From Bryobacterales bacterium (GTDB lineage: Bacteria; Acidobacteriota; Terriglobia; Bryobacterales; UBA6623): a stretch of 64,000 nucleotides of DNA. The translations under genes and the position numbers were made by a program. The stretch's first letter is position 1, and each line of letters begins with the position of its first letter. This document shows positions 19,503 to 29,989 of this stretch, one piece after another. The stretch spans positions 1,408,001 to 1,472,000 of the forward strand of contig OY729427.2 of NCBI GenBank assembly GCA_963422375.2, read 5' to 3'. The notes beneath the pieces were generated by a model that was not told where the DNA came from, searched no databases, and saw nothing but the letters and a program-made list of their open reading frames with translations.

Positions 19503-21458
19503 CTAGTCGATACCGGCGGGCAGCGGATCCGGCCGCTTGCTGGAGACGCCGTCGTACGCTTCCGCGATGGAGATACTATGCTGCGTCAAGGTGTGCCCGG
19601 TAGAGCGGTCCAAGGTGATCTTCGCGTTGGCGTAGGTATTCTGCGTCGCGATCACGTTGGTCCGCGCGTTCGCCAGATCGCGCTGTGCCTGGACCACCTG
19701 GAAGATGGTCGAGGCTCCCAGGTTGTACTTCTTCTGCTCGGCGTCCAAGGTCTGCTCCTGGAGCTCCTGGGCCTTCACCGCCGCCGCGTAGCGGGCGCGC
19801 GCCTGCTGGATGCGGATCACCGCGGACTGCACTTCGGAGCGAATCGCGTTCTCCGCCTGCACTAGGCGGATCTCCTGCTGCCGCTTCTCCAGCAGAGCCG
19901 CGGTGTAGTCCGCCCGCGCCTGGCGGTTCTTGATCGGGATATTCAGCTGCAGCCGCACCTGGTAGTCCGGGAAGTTGCGCCGGAAGAGCTGCCCGCCGGC
20001 CGTGGCGAGACCGCCGAGGAAGAACGGCGCGACGTACGCGCTCTGGCCGGGACTGGCCAGGAACAGGTCGTTCTCCGACCCAGCCAGCGCGTTGTTGGTG
20101 AGGTCGACGATCAAGTCGGCGCTCGGCAGCATGCCGTTCTTCACGCCCATCAGGCCGAGATCGGTGTTCTGGAGGCGGATGCGGTTCTGCGCCATGTCGG
20201 CGCGAGCCCGCAGGGCCACGTCCATCAGCACGGTCAGCGGCTCGAGCTCCTCGGCCATGTCGATCACGATCTCGTCGGTCGGGACCACCTCCGCATGCAG
20301 CAGGGACGGGCTGGCTATGCCGTTCACGCTGATGGCGTCCTTGAGCAGTGTCTCCTGCAGCTGCACCTCGGTCTGCGCCGCCGTCAGGTCGGCCTCGCGG
20401 GCCGCCACCTCGGCCTCGGCGCGGATGATTTCGATCGGGGCCAGCGTGCCGATCTCGACGCGGCGCTTGTTGTCCTCGTAGAGCTTCTTGGCCAGCTCGA
20501 GGTTCTGCCGCTGGCTCTCCACCTGCGCGCGAAGCGAGACGAGGCCCCAGTAAATGCCCGCGACCCGGGTGACGACCTCCTCCACCTGCAGCTTGAATTG
20601 CAGGTTGGAAATCTCGTGGTTGTTCCGCGCCACCTCAATGTTGCGGGTGTTCACCGCCACGCCGAAGCCTTGCAGCAGCGGCTGCGTCACGCGCAGCGTG
20701 AGAGCGCTCACGAGGGAGGGATTGAAGTTGGTCCGCAAGCTGTTCGTGTCGGCGCGCGAGTTCGACCAAACCAGCGCCATCGTGGCGCCGGAGACAAACC
20801 CCTGGCGCATGCCGACCTGCGAGTTGCTGATCTCGCGGACCAAGGTGCTCGTGCCGGTGACGAAGTTGCTCGTCTGCGGGTTGGAGAAGTGGCCCCAGTC
20901 GATGTTACCGAACACCGTCGGGTCCAGGTTCACCGCGGTCGTGCCGAAGAACGTGCTGGCATCGCCGACGGCGGCCGCGCCGCCCCCGCCCACTCCTGCG
21001 CCGCCCGCGCCGCCCCCCCCGGCACGTTGGGTGATACCCGTCGCCTGGCCCTGCGGCCCGCCGCCGCCGGTGTCGCCCAAGCCCGTAGAGAGGGTGCTGA
21101 TCTGGTTCTGCACGCCGCGCAGCTGGGAGCCCGACTTCGCCCGCATCAAATCATTCGCCGCGCTCTGGGGCCCGTAGCGCGCCCATGCGATATCGAGATT
21201 GTTCTCGATCGCGAGCGCCAGCGCGTCGGACAGGGACACGTAGAGCTTGGCCTCGTACAGCAGGGAGTCCAGCCGGCTCGAGTTCGACAGGGAGATATCG
21301 GGAATTTCCGGGGACTTGAAGACCGGGCCGAAGGGCCACGTCGGAATACCCTCGCTGTAATCGACGGGCTTGGACCGGACGGACTGGGCGCTGGCGAGCG
21401 GCTGAAAGGCCAGCGCCGCAGCGACAAGCAGCGACAGTTCGAGTTTCCTGTGATTCAT
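19503..21458 (-). CDS. TolC family outer-membrane efflux protein (long form)
   Basis: Signal peptide, LSDALALAIENNLDI, TQPLLQGFG, helical repeats, EQKKYNLGASTIFQVVQAQRDL. Confidence 0.88.
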   Translation of the reverse strand: MNHRKLELSLLVAAALAFQPLASAQSVRSKPVDYSEGIPTWPFGPVFKSPEIPDISLSNSSRLDSLLYEAKLYVSLSDALALAIENNLDIAWARYGPQSAANDLMRAKSGSQLRGVQNQISTLSTGLGDTGGGGPQGQATGITQRAGGGGAGGAGVGGGGAAAVGDASTFFGTTAVNLDPTVFGNIDWGHFSNPQTSNFVTGTSTLVREISNSQVGMRQGFVSGATMALVWSNSRADTNSLRTNFNPSLVSALTLRVTQPLLQGFGVAVNTRNIEVARNNHEISNLQFKLQVEEVVTRVAGIYWGLVSLRAQVESQRQNLELAKKLYEDNKRRVEIGTLAPIEIIRAEAEVAAREADLTAAQTEVQLQETLLKDAISVNGIASPSLLHAEVVPTDEIVIDMAEELEPLTVLMDVALRARADMAQNRIRLQNTDLGLMGVKNGMLPSADLIVDLTNNALAGSENDLFLASPGQSAYVAPFFLGGLATAGGQLFRRNFPDYQVRLQLNIPIKNRQARADYTAALLEKRQQEIRLVQAENAIRSEVQSAVIRIQQARARYAAAVKAQELQEQTLDAEQKKYNLGASTIFQVVQAQRDLANARTNVIATQNTYANAKITLDRSTGHTLTQHSISIAEAYDGVSSKRPDPLPAGID

Positions 21459-21580
21459 GAGGGGGCTGACCGATGCAAGGCGCTTGCCTCGGGACGCAGA
21501 ATCCCAGTTAGGATAGACGTTCCGGCGGGCGCGAAGGTTACCCCGCCGCGCCCGGGGGGCCGCGCTACGCTGCCTTGGTG

Positions 21581-22348
21581 ATGGCGCCCGAACGAACTTG
21601 GAAGATCACTCTAGCCTACGACGGCACGGGCTTCTCGGGCTGGCAGATCCAGCCGGGCCAGCCGACGGTCCAAGGGCGCCTCGAGACGGCCCTGGCGCGC
21701 ATCGAGGGCGCGCCCGTCAGGGCCGCGGGCTCGGGCAGGACGGATGCCGGCGTCCACGCGCTGGGGCAGGTCGCCTCCTGCACGATGGGCAACCCGCTCC
21801 CGCCCAGCGGCCTGCTCAAGGCGCTCAACCGCCTGCTGCCCGCGTCCGTCCGCGTGACCGACGCGCGCGCAGCGCCCGCCGGCTTCCACGCCCGGCACGC
21901 CGCGACGGCCAAGACCTACGAGTACCGCATCCTGAGGGCGGCGATCTGCCCGCCGTTCGACGCCCGGTACGTTTACTGGCACCCTTACCCGCTGGACGAG
22001 GAGGCCATGCGCCGGGCGGCCGGCCGCTTCGAGGGCCTGCGCGACTTCCGCTCGTTCGCCTCCGAGACCCGGGGCGCTCCCGAATCGTCCGTGCGGACGG
22101 TGTTCTCGTCCGAGGTGCGCCGCGAGCGCGACCGCCTGGTCTACCGCGTGAGGGGTTCCGGATTCATGTACCGTATGGTGCGCAACCTAGTGGGCACGCT
22201 TCTGGAGGTGGGACGGGGCAATCTGAAGCCCGACGACATGGATCGCATCCTAGCGGCGCGCGACCGCAGGGCCGCCGGCCCGACCGCGGCAGCTCGCGGC
22301 CTGTTTCTCGCAAGCGTCGAGTACCCGGACGATTCCGGCGGCGGCTAG
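21581..22348 (+). CDS. truA: tRNA pseudouridine(38-40) synthase
   Basis: AYDGTGFSGWQIQP, GSGRTDAGVHALGQV, GFMYRMVRNLVG. Confidence 0.96.
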   Translation: MAPERTWKITLAYDGTGFSGWQIQPGQPTVQGRLETALARIEGAPVRAAGSGRTDAGVHALGQVASCTMGNPLPPSGLLKALNRLLPASVRVTDARAAPAGFHARHAATAKTYEYRILRAAICPPFDARYVYWHPYPLDEEAMRRAAGRFEGLRDFRSFASETRGAPESSVRTVFSSEVRRERDRLVYRVRGSGFMYRMVRNLVGTLLEVGRGNLKPDDMDRILAARDRRAAGPTAAARGLFLASVEYPDDSGGG

Positions 22349-23244
22349 CGAGTTCTCGAGACGATGAGCTCGGCCAGGGCCGGCAGCGCGCCCGCGCGGC
22401 CGCCGAAGGCTTCGAGCGCGGCCAAGGCGTCGCCGAGGCATTCCCGCGCCCGGGCGCGGGAGGCGTCGATCCCGTGGACCGCGGGGAACGTGGCCTTGCT
22501 CTGGCGCTGGTCCTTTCCGGCGGTCTTGCCCAGCTCGGCGGAAGTGGCAACCACGTCCAAGATGTCGTCGACGATCTGGAACGCGAGGCCGATCGAGTCG
22601 CCGAACGCGCCGAGCGCGTCCAGGCGCCGGGCATCCGCACCGGCGCAGAGCGCCCCGCAGCGCACCGAGGCACGAATGAGCGCAGCCGTCTTGGCGCGAT
22701 GGATGTAGTCCAGTTCATCCGGGCCGGTCACGCCCCGCTCGGCCTCGAGATCGGCCACCTGGCCGCCGATCATGCCGTCCCGGGTGCCCGCGGCCGCGGC
22801 CAGCTCCGCCACCAGCCGCACGCCGGTCCCGGCAGGAAGGTCCAGGCCCGCGAGAATCCCGAACGCGAGCGTCAGCAGGGCGTCACCCGCGAGCACGGCG
22901 ACGGCCTCGCCGAAGGCCTTGTGGCAGGTGGGCTGGCCGCGCCGCAGGTCGTCGTCGTCGAGCGCCGGCAGGTCGTCGTGGATAAGCGAGTAGGTATGCA
23001 CGCACTCGAGCGCGCACGCCGCTCCCAGCGCTGCCCCGGGCCGCCCGCAGGCCTCCGCGGCGGCGATCGCCAGGATCGGTCGGATGCGCTTGCCGCCCGC
23101 GAACAGGCTGTGGCGCATGGCCGAATGGATGGTGCCCGGCGGCGCGGCGCGCGGCGGCAGGCACCGGTCCAAGGCTTGGTCGACCTGCCGCCGGCGCTCG
23201 GCCAAGTACGCCGCCAAGTCCGCGGGGCCGGCGGCGGCGCTCAT
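22345..23244 (-). CDS. ispA: Polyprenyl (farnesyl) diphosphate synthase
   Basis: GGKRIRP, SLIHDDLPALDDDDLRRGQPTCH, GQVADL, FQIVDDILD. Confidence 0.93.
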   Translation of the reverse strand: MSAAAGPADLAAYLAERRRQVDQALDRCLPPRAAPPGTIHSAMRHSLFAGGKRIRPILAIAAAEACGRPGAALGAACALECVHTYSLIHDDLPALDDDDLRRGQPTCHKAFGEAVAVLAGDALLTLAFGILAGLDLPAGTGVRLVAELAAAAGTRDGMIGGQVADLEAERGVTGPDELDYIHRAKTAALIRASVRCGALCAGADARRLDALGAFGDSIGLAFQIVDDILDVVATSAELGKTAGKDQRQSKATFPAVHGIDASRARARECLGDALAALEAFGGRAGALPALAELIVSRTR

Positions 23245-23483
23245 CCGTCCCGATCAAGATCGAAGGGCTTGGGAGCGTAGTCGGTTCCCTTCCTTGTCAG
23301 GATCTCGACCTTCGATTCGGCCTCGTCAAGCTGCTTGCGAAGGCCGCTGCTGAGCTGGATTCCCTGTTCGAAGAGCTCGACGGATTGCTCCAGCGAGACG
23401 TCGCCATCCTCGAGCTTCTTGACGATGCCCTCCAGCTTCTCCAGCCCGCGCTCGAAGGAGAGTTCTTGCGAATCGTCGGACAT
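23241..23483 (-). CDS. xseB: Exodeoxyribonuclease VII small subunit
   Basis: SFERGLEKLEGIVKKLEDGDVSLEQSVELFEQG; canonical xseB-ispA order. Confidence 0.95.
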   Translation of the reverse strand: MSDDSQELSFERGLEKLEGIVKKLEDGDVSLEQSVELFEQGIQLSSGLRKQLDEAESKVEILTRKGTDYAPKPFDLDRDG

Positions 23484-23603
23484 GGCCCCTCTTGGGGGTC
23501 ATTGTACCGATGTCCCTGCCCGGTCTGAATGCGCGGGCACGGGCGCGGTGCCGCGCACGGCGAGGCCGACGCCCTGCTCGCCGTTGCGACAATGGCTTGC
23601 CCA

Positions 23604-24878
23604 ATGCCGCCCTTCCCCTGGAGTCTCGCGGAAATCCAGTCGCAGCTACGCGCAGGCGAACTGTCGCCGCGGCAAGTCCTGCGAGCCTCCGAGGAGGCGA
23701 TCCGCACGCAAGAGCCCCGGATCCGAGCCTGGAGCTGGCTCGGGCTAAGCGAGGCGCGGGCCAGGGCGCGCCGGTCCGAAGCCGCGGCCGGCAGCGAGGG
23801 CACCAGCCCGCTGCTCGGCGTGCCGTACGCCGTCAAGGACATCTTCGACACCGCCGGAAGCCCGACCGAGTGGGGCACGGAGACGCAGCGCGGGCGGGTA
23901 CCGGACAGGGACTGCGACCTCGTGGCGAAGCTGAACTCCCTAGGGGCGGTGCTGGTCGGCAAGACCCACACGACGGCCTACGCCTACTACGACCCCGGAC
24001 CCACGCGGAACCCGCGCGACCTCGGGCGCACGCCGGGCGGCTCCTCGAGCGGGTCGGCCGCGGCCGTCGCGGCCGGCATGGTGCCGCTGGCGGTCGGCAG
24101 CCAGACGCAGGGGTCGGTGCTGCGCCCGGCGTCGTTCTGCGGCATCGCGGGATTCAAGCCCAGCTACGGCCTCCTGCCCCTCGGCGGCGTCATGCGGTTC
24201 GCCCCCACGCTGGACCATGCCGGCCTGCTTGCGGCGACGGCGGCCGACCTGCGGGTCGCGTGGCGGGCGCTCGGCTTCGAGACCGGCTCGGATCCGTCCG
24301 GCGTGGCCGTTCTTGACTGGCCTCCGGGCGAGCGGGTCGAGCCGAGCATGGCAGCGGCGTTCCGCGCGGCCGCGCAGTCCCTGGCCGCGGCCGGGCTGCC
24401 CTTGACCTTCGCGACGCGGCCGGCCTTCTTCGAGACCCTGCCCGCCGCCTTGCGGACCGTCATGGCCCGCGAAGCGGCGACCGAGCACGGCGACCGCTAC
24501 CGCAGGTTCGGACGGAGAATCGGTGCGCAGCTCGCGGCCCTGCTCGAAGAGGGGCTCGAGATCGGGGAGGAGCGTTACCGCGCGGCGCGGCGGGTGCTCC
24601 TGCGGTGTCGCGATGCGTTCGCGGAGTGGGCCGTGCGGCACCCCGTCGTAGCAACGCCCGCGGCCCCCGGGCCCGCACCCCGCGGCCTGGGATCGACGGG
24701 CGACCCCCGCTGCAACGCGCCGTTCACCGCGCTGGGAGCTCCCGCGATCTCGATCCCGCTGCCGACCGCGCCCGGCGGCGAGCCCATGGGCCTGCAACTG
24801 GCCGCGGCTCCCGGCGGGGACGCTGGCCTGCTGGCGACGGCCGCGCTCTGCGAGGCCCTGCTGGCCCGCTCCGGCTGA
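23604..24878 (+). CDS. Amidase signature family enzyme
   Basis: GVPYAVKDIFD, GKTHTT, TPGGSSSGSAAAVAAG, GSQTQGSVLRPASFCG. Confidence 0.92.
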   Translation: MPPFPWSLAEIQSQLRAGELSPRQVLRASEEAIRTQEPRIRAWSWLGLSEARARARRSEAAAGSEGTSPLLGVPYAVKDIFDTAGSPTEWGTETQRGRVPDRDCDLVAKLNSLGAVLVGKTHTTAYAYYDPGPTRNPRDLGRTPGGSSSGSAAAVAAGMVPLAVGSQTQGSVLRPASFCGIAGFKPSYGLLPLGGVMRFAPTLDHAGLLAATAADLRVAWRALGFETGSDPSGVAVLDWPPGERVEPSMAAAFRAAAQSLAAAGLPLTFATRPAFFETLPAALRTVMAREAATEHGDRYRRFGRRIGAQLAALLEEGLEIGEERYRAARRVLLRCRDAFAEWAVRHPVVATPAAPGPAPRGLGSTGDPRCNAPFTALGAPAISIPLPTAPGGEPMGLQLAAAPGGDAGLLATAALCEALLARSG

Positions 24879-24967
24879 CCCCCGGGCTGGGAACATAGGC
24901 GCGAACGGCGGCCGAAGAACTCCCGTCGGCGTGGCGCCGTGAGCGCGGGTCGGCTCGCCGCAGCAAC

Positions 24968-25615
24968 GTGATAGCCGGCGCGGAGATGTTCATCGTCGGC
25001 ACCGACTCGGACGGGATCAACCTGCTGATCTGCATGATCGTGCAGACCGACTCGCAGGCGAAGGTCATGGCCGTGAGGGTCCGCACGCGCGAATTCCAGC
25101 AGTGGGGCCGCATCCTGAACCGGATGGGCCTCCGGGCCGACCGCATCATCCACCCCGAGACGACGATCATGTGGAGCGTCATGCGCGTGCTGCAACGTTC
25201 GGGCGTATCGGAGCTCCTGGATTTCGCCGACGGCCTCATCGAGCTGCTCGGCGAAACATCGATCCCGGCAGCTGGTTCGCGGGCAAGAGCGTCTAGGATC
25301 TCGACCAAGCGGGCCCGCCGGGCAACAGCCTGATCGCGATGATCTTCCGCGGCCCGCAGGTCATCATCCCGCACGGGTCCCAGCGCCTCGAGCCGGGTGA
25401 CCACGTCAATCTCTGCACTACCGCAGAGAACTTCGAGGCCGTGTTTGGGTCATGGGCAACTGGCCCAGCAAGTCGGTGCGCCGGGGCGTGCTCGTCGGCG
25501 CGTGGCAGCTCGGACTCTGGCTGCCGCAGGAGCGCGAGCGCGAGGGCGTCTCGGCGAAGCTGATCGAACGCGACCCGGCGCGCTGCGAGATGGACTCGAA
25601 GATTCTGGTGGCTCG
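24968..25615 (+). pseudogene. trkA: TrkA potassium-uptake protein remnant (truncated at both ends, frameshifted)
   Basis: Fragments in three frames: TDSDGINL..IIHPE..LLDFADG; WFAGKSV* then SLIAMIFRGPQVIIPHGSQRLEPGDHV; GVSAKLIERDPARCE. Confidence 0.75.
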
Positions 25616-25664
25616 AGAATTCAAGCTCATGGTCGAGCCCCACGGCGTCTTCGCGCTCCGCTTC

Positions 25665-25925
25665 GGCGGGCAAGTCGTCCCAAACGAACACATCCACACG
25701 AAACGGTAAGTCGCTCTCGTCAAATTTCTCTCTCAAATCACTTACTCTGTCTCACTGATCAGGTGCTGAGAGCACTACAATATCAAGGTCAGAATTGGGC
25801 CGTGAAGTCCACTTCACCTTCGATCCGTAGACCCATACTGGCACTCCCAAGAGGTGCGCTCGGAGCAACTCCTGAACACTCCTATATTGCTCCGCAGTGA
25901 TATCGATGGCTCGTAGTACTCCCAT
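25665..25925 (-). pseudogene. Minimal nucleotidyltransferase (MNT, HI0073/MntA-like) with an internal TGA
   Basis: Manual translation: MGVLRAIDITAEQYRSVQELLRAHLLGVPVWVYGSKVKWTSRPNSDLDIVVLSAPDQ*DRVSDLREKFDESDLPFRVDVFVWDDLP (GS-x10-DxD motif). Confidence 0.8.
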
Positions 25926-26332
25926 GGCATCCCGCTCAGAGTCGCATACAGGCCGATGGCGTCATCGATGAAATGCGACAAGAGCGCGATACAAGCCTCC
26001 ACTGTCTCGCCATCGCAGTCGTGCGATGTGGCAATTCGAGTGTTGGCGTATCGAATCCACTGCTCTATCTGGGACGACAGCAAATTGTTGTGGTCGGCCA
26101 GTCGGAATACACCCTTGGGGCTGTTGGGAGCATTAGGCACAGCCAGCTCTTCATCAAGATAACGCTTCAGGACCTTCCACAGGCAATCGTAGCAGGTCTT
26201 GAACCGATGGATGACCGATTCAGCAAGGGCCTCTTGGAGATGATGCGCAAGGTAGGAGTCTTGTCGATGACGGTATTCGTGCAGTTCCTCGAGACGCTTG
26301 AGAGACAAGCAAAATTTGTCAAAGGAGATCAT
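25814..26332 (-). CDS. HEPN protein (HI0074-like nucleotidyltransferase substrate-binding protein), probably decaying
   Basis: ESVIHRFKTCYDCLWKVLKRYL, NSPKGVFRLA, RIATSH (Rx4H); the tail reads through over the MNT gene. Confidence 0.8.
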   Translation of the reverse strand: MISFDKFCLSLKRLEELHEYRHRQDSYLAHHLQEALAESVIHRFKTCYDCLWKVLKRYLDEELAVPNAPNSPKGVFRLADHNNLLSSQIEQWIRYANTRIATSHDCDGETVEACIALLSHFIDDAIGLYATLSGMPWEYYEPSISLRSNIGVFRSCSERTSWECQYGSTDRR

Positions 26333-26634
26333 CTCTCATTCCTTGCCATGGAGACTCTGTCGAAGTCGGCTACAGTCGATCTCTCGCGATGGCGACGGAG
26401 ATTTTGCTAGAGCAGCGCCAGGAGTAGCCAAGTCTACGGCGAGTAATTCGACCTTAGACTCGGTACATCCTTCTCATTACAACCTAAGACAGAGTTCACG
26501 TGTCCAGTTTGGATGGAAATCGATACTGGCGATAACACACGGTGAAATCCGACCGATACAGTCTTCACAGCGCACGCCTGAGACTTGAATTACATGCCCA
26601 TGGAATCGGAGAAAATGCAACTCTTTACAGGGCA

Positions 26635-27620
26635 TCAATCCCTCCATAATCCCAAAGTACTGAGGTTGAAATTCACGGCAGAATCCAGCCGATTTCATTC
26701 TGCTTTCTGCTCGCTCAGGGCCTTGGCCAGCCGCTTCATCCTCGCCTCGAACGGCTCTTAGTTATCCTTCGGAATCTTCAAGACGACGGAGCGTCCAGGT
26801 ACGAGCACGTAGCCATTCGAGCGAATCTCGGCCACCGATACGCTCCTGCAGAAGTCTGGAATATCCGAATAATCGCCAGTGTCTTTCGCATTTTTCCACG
26901 TGCCATAGGTCTCAGTAACACGGGCGATATCGCCGTCCTCCAGTGCGCGATGCGTAGGACTCAGCATGTGACCGAGCCCGCGTACATCAACACACAGGAT
27001 AGGGGCACCGCGCTGTCGCCCACGCGCCAGCAGCCAGAGACAGGACGGCCTCTGGGTTGAGAAAAAGAGCTGTCCGGGCAGAGCCACGATGCAATCCACG
27101 AGATCGGCATCGATCAACACCTTCCTGATTTCGCGTTCTGCCCTCTGAATCGATGACATCGACTCGTTGGCCAGCACGAGGCCAGCATGACCCGAAGGCG
27201 CTAGATGACCAATGCAATGCTGCACCCAAGCAAAATTGGCGTTGCGTCTCGGGGGAAGTCCGAAATGCCAGCGCTTGTCGCTCGTCAGACTCTCCTTGCC
27301 CCACTCGTAGCCGTTGAATGGCGGATGCGCCAAAACGATGTCGGCCTCCAAGCCCGCGTGACGGTCATCGTGAAAGCTGTCCGCTTGAGCGACAATGCCG
27401 TCGATGCCTCGGATGGCGAGATTCATCCGTGCGAGTCTCCAAGTCTCGAAGTCGGCTTCTTGGGCGTAGAGGCTAATCGTGTCGCGCACGCTGCCGCCTC
27501 GGCTGCGAGCTCGCGAGTGGGCGCGCATGAAGTCGCCCGCCCGAGCAAGCAAGCATGCCGGAAGAACCGCAACAGGGATCGAAGATTCGGCCGCCCTCTG
27601 GATTGAGCATCTCGACAAGC
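26635..27620 (-). pseudogene. hsdM: Type I restriction-modification methyltransferase HsdM, C-terminal part
   Basis: VEMLNPEGGRIFDPCCGSSGM, frameshift, TWRLARMNLAIRGI, LAHPPFN (for NPPF), NANFAWVQH, DCIVALPGQLF, then in-frame stops before EPFEARMKRL. Confidence 0.88.
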
Positions 27621-27621
27621 T

Positions 27622-28793
27622 CGCCTCCATGCGCTGGCCGGACGGTCCGGCATGCCCCCGCTGCCGCGGCTCCAGCGTGCAGTCCGGCGCGGCCCACCCT
27701 TCGATGCCGTACCGTTACCGCGGCTGCGGCAAGCGCTTTTCCGTGCGCACCGGCAGCGTGACGGCCGACACCAAGCTCGGCTACCGCGTCCGGGCCGTGG
27801 CCCTGTTCCTGCTGACCACCGGCCTCAAGGGCGTCTCCGGCATGAAGCTGCACCGCGACCCGGGCATCAGCCGGAAGTCGGCCTGGCACTTGGCGCACCG
27901 CATCCGCGCGTGCCGGGAGCGGGACCGGGACCTGTTCGTCGGCCCGGTGGAAGTGGACGAGACCTGCGTCGGCGGCAAGGAGCGCAACAAGCACGAGAGC
28001 AAGAAGGCCCGTGGCGGGCGCGCGGGACCGCGCCACGAACGAAGTGGCCGCCCGGCCGCTGCCGGGCACGACCGAGGGCGACCTGCAGGGCTTCGTGCGC
28101 GGCCGGGTCGCGCCGGGCGCGCAGGTCCGCTCCGACGAGGCGGCGGCCTGCGCCGGCATGGCGGAGTTCCCGCACGAGGGCGTCAAGCACTCCGGCGGCG
28201 AGTACGTGCGCGGGGCGGCGCATGCGAACGGCATCGAGTCGTTCCGGCCCCTGTTCAAGCGCGGCCTCTACGGAACCTATCACCGGATGAGCGTCCGTCA
28301 TTCGGGCCGCTACCTCACGGAGTGCGCGGGACGGCGCAACGCCCGCAATTGCGACACGGCGCAACGGATGCGGCGCATGGCGCGGGGCTTGGTCGGCCGG
28401 ACGCTGACCTACCGGCAGCTGGTCGGCAAGGCCGCGGTCGCGGCCCGAGCACGGCCTGGCCGGTCCGCTGCGGCCTCTCTTCACGCTCGGTGCGAAGGGC
28501 GCTCCGGATCCGGAATCCCGCGCCGCGACCGGTGTCCAGCCCGGACAATTCCTACCGGCAGCCGCCCTGGAAGGGGAGCCTCTCCACGGCAATCCGGGTT
28601 CGACCGGGGCGCCCGAGGCGGCCTCTCCAGTCCCTGCGTCGCGAGATCCGCTTGCAGGCGCGATTCAGATACGAACCGACCCTTCGGTGCCCACCTCGGC
28701 CGCACACCAATGACCCGAGCAAGACGGCGATGTCCCCAATCAGAGCAGTTCTAGCCGGACATGACGTCGCCGGCACTCAGATATATAATTCCC
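27622..28793 (+). mobile_element. IS1595-family element, degenerate (transposase N-truncated and frameshifted near 28010)
   Basis: RWPDGPACPRC zinc ribbon, KRFSVRTGS, SAWHLAHRIR, GPVEVDET, NGIESF..FKRG. Candidate right end AGATATATAATTCCC at 28779-28793; the boundary is inferred. Confidence 0.85.
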
Positions 28794-29073
28794 ATATATC
28801 CCATATATACTGAGGGGCGCACAAGTCTTTTCGGATCGGCCAGGCCAGAATGTACTGACAACTGGGTTCCCAAGCAGTCTGCTAAGAAGGAGGCCTTCCA
28901 AATTCGAGTACGCAATATACTGTGTATATAGTTACGGTATATCACAATATGCAGGCTTAAGTTCGAGAATTCAAGACTCTATCTCTGGGCTGCTATGATG
29001 ACAGCCTGAATCGGAAGTCGACTGAGTATGGCCCGTATCTTGGGAAAAGGCTTTTGCGCCTCTCAGTAATTCC

Positions 29074-29185
29074 CAAACCTTAGGAATACGAGGCCAAGAA
29101 CGACGCACTTGTATTCGGCGACGTCGCATGACGCGCGCAACGTCTCCGCTTTCGCCCACAGTTCAGCCGCGTACTCGATCACAGG
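29074..29185 (-). pseudogene. hsdM: HsdM N-terminal fragment
   Basis: IEYAAELWAKAETLRASCDVAEYKCVVLGLVFLR resembles the HsdM_N consensus LWxAADxLRG..AEYKHVVLGLIFL; it breaks off at GGGAATTAC. Confidence 0.75.
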
Positions 29186-29989
29186 TCGGTCGTCAACCTG
29201 AGCTTCGCCGGTTTCCGGGGCCGGGATTCTGCTTTCTCCTCGCACTGAAGGCTCCAGTCCCCGCTGACCCCGCATCGGAACGGAACGCGGCCACAGCCCG
29301 TCGGCCTTGCCGGGCGGCGCGGGGCGGGGGGACACCGACAACACAGGGCACTCCGGGAGTATCCGCTCTCGAATGTACCACCTCCGCCGTGCTACACGTT
29401 CGCATCGCGGCGCGCCGTTCCGAACTAGCGTCCCGGCTCGATGGCGCGCCAGCTCGCATCGCGTCCGAGCGGGCTGAGGACCCCTGGCACCGGTCGTCGC
29501 CGTCGAGCGGGCAGCCCGGCACCAACAGCTGCCGTTCCTCGAGGGACGTCCGGAGCACAAGACCCGGTCATGGCGGGCGTTCGCATCGTGGTCTCGATCC
29601 TTCTGACGCCCTTTGCACGACAGCCGGGCGATCCGGAGGCGCGCCACTCGCACGGCGGCAGATTCCGGAGGGTCTCCCGACCTCACTCAAAGAAGACGGC
29701 AACTGGCGGCCTCTCGGGCAGCGGTTCTAGATTTGTCCGTCAAGGGGGTGCGTGAACGTTGTTTCGGAGGATGGAGGATGAGGTGAATCAGTTGACCGAG
29801 AGGTTGCGCTCCCGAGGCCGCCCCGCGGGAGCGTCGGACGGCGGGCAGGGCCGTGGTGCGGCCCGCGTCGCGGGTCCGCCGAGTGCCGAGCCCGCGACCG
29901 GACGCACTCCGGCGGTAGCCGGCTGCGACGGCCGGACGCTGGCCGGACGCTGCCGGCACGAAACTGCGCGGAGTCCAGGCCCAGGCTGC

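Noticed and set aside
25753..25755. In-frame TGA in the MNT gene as possible selenocysteine or readthrough
   Set aside because: The position is non-catalytic and the surrounding genes are pseudogenes, so a nonsense mutation is the simpler explanation.
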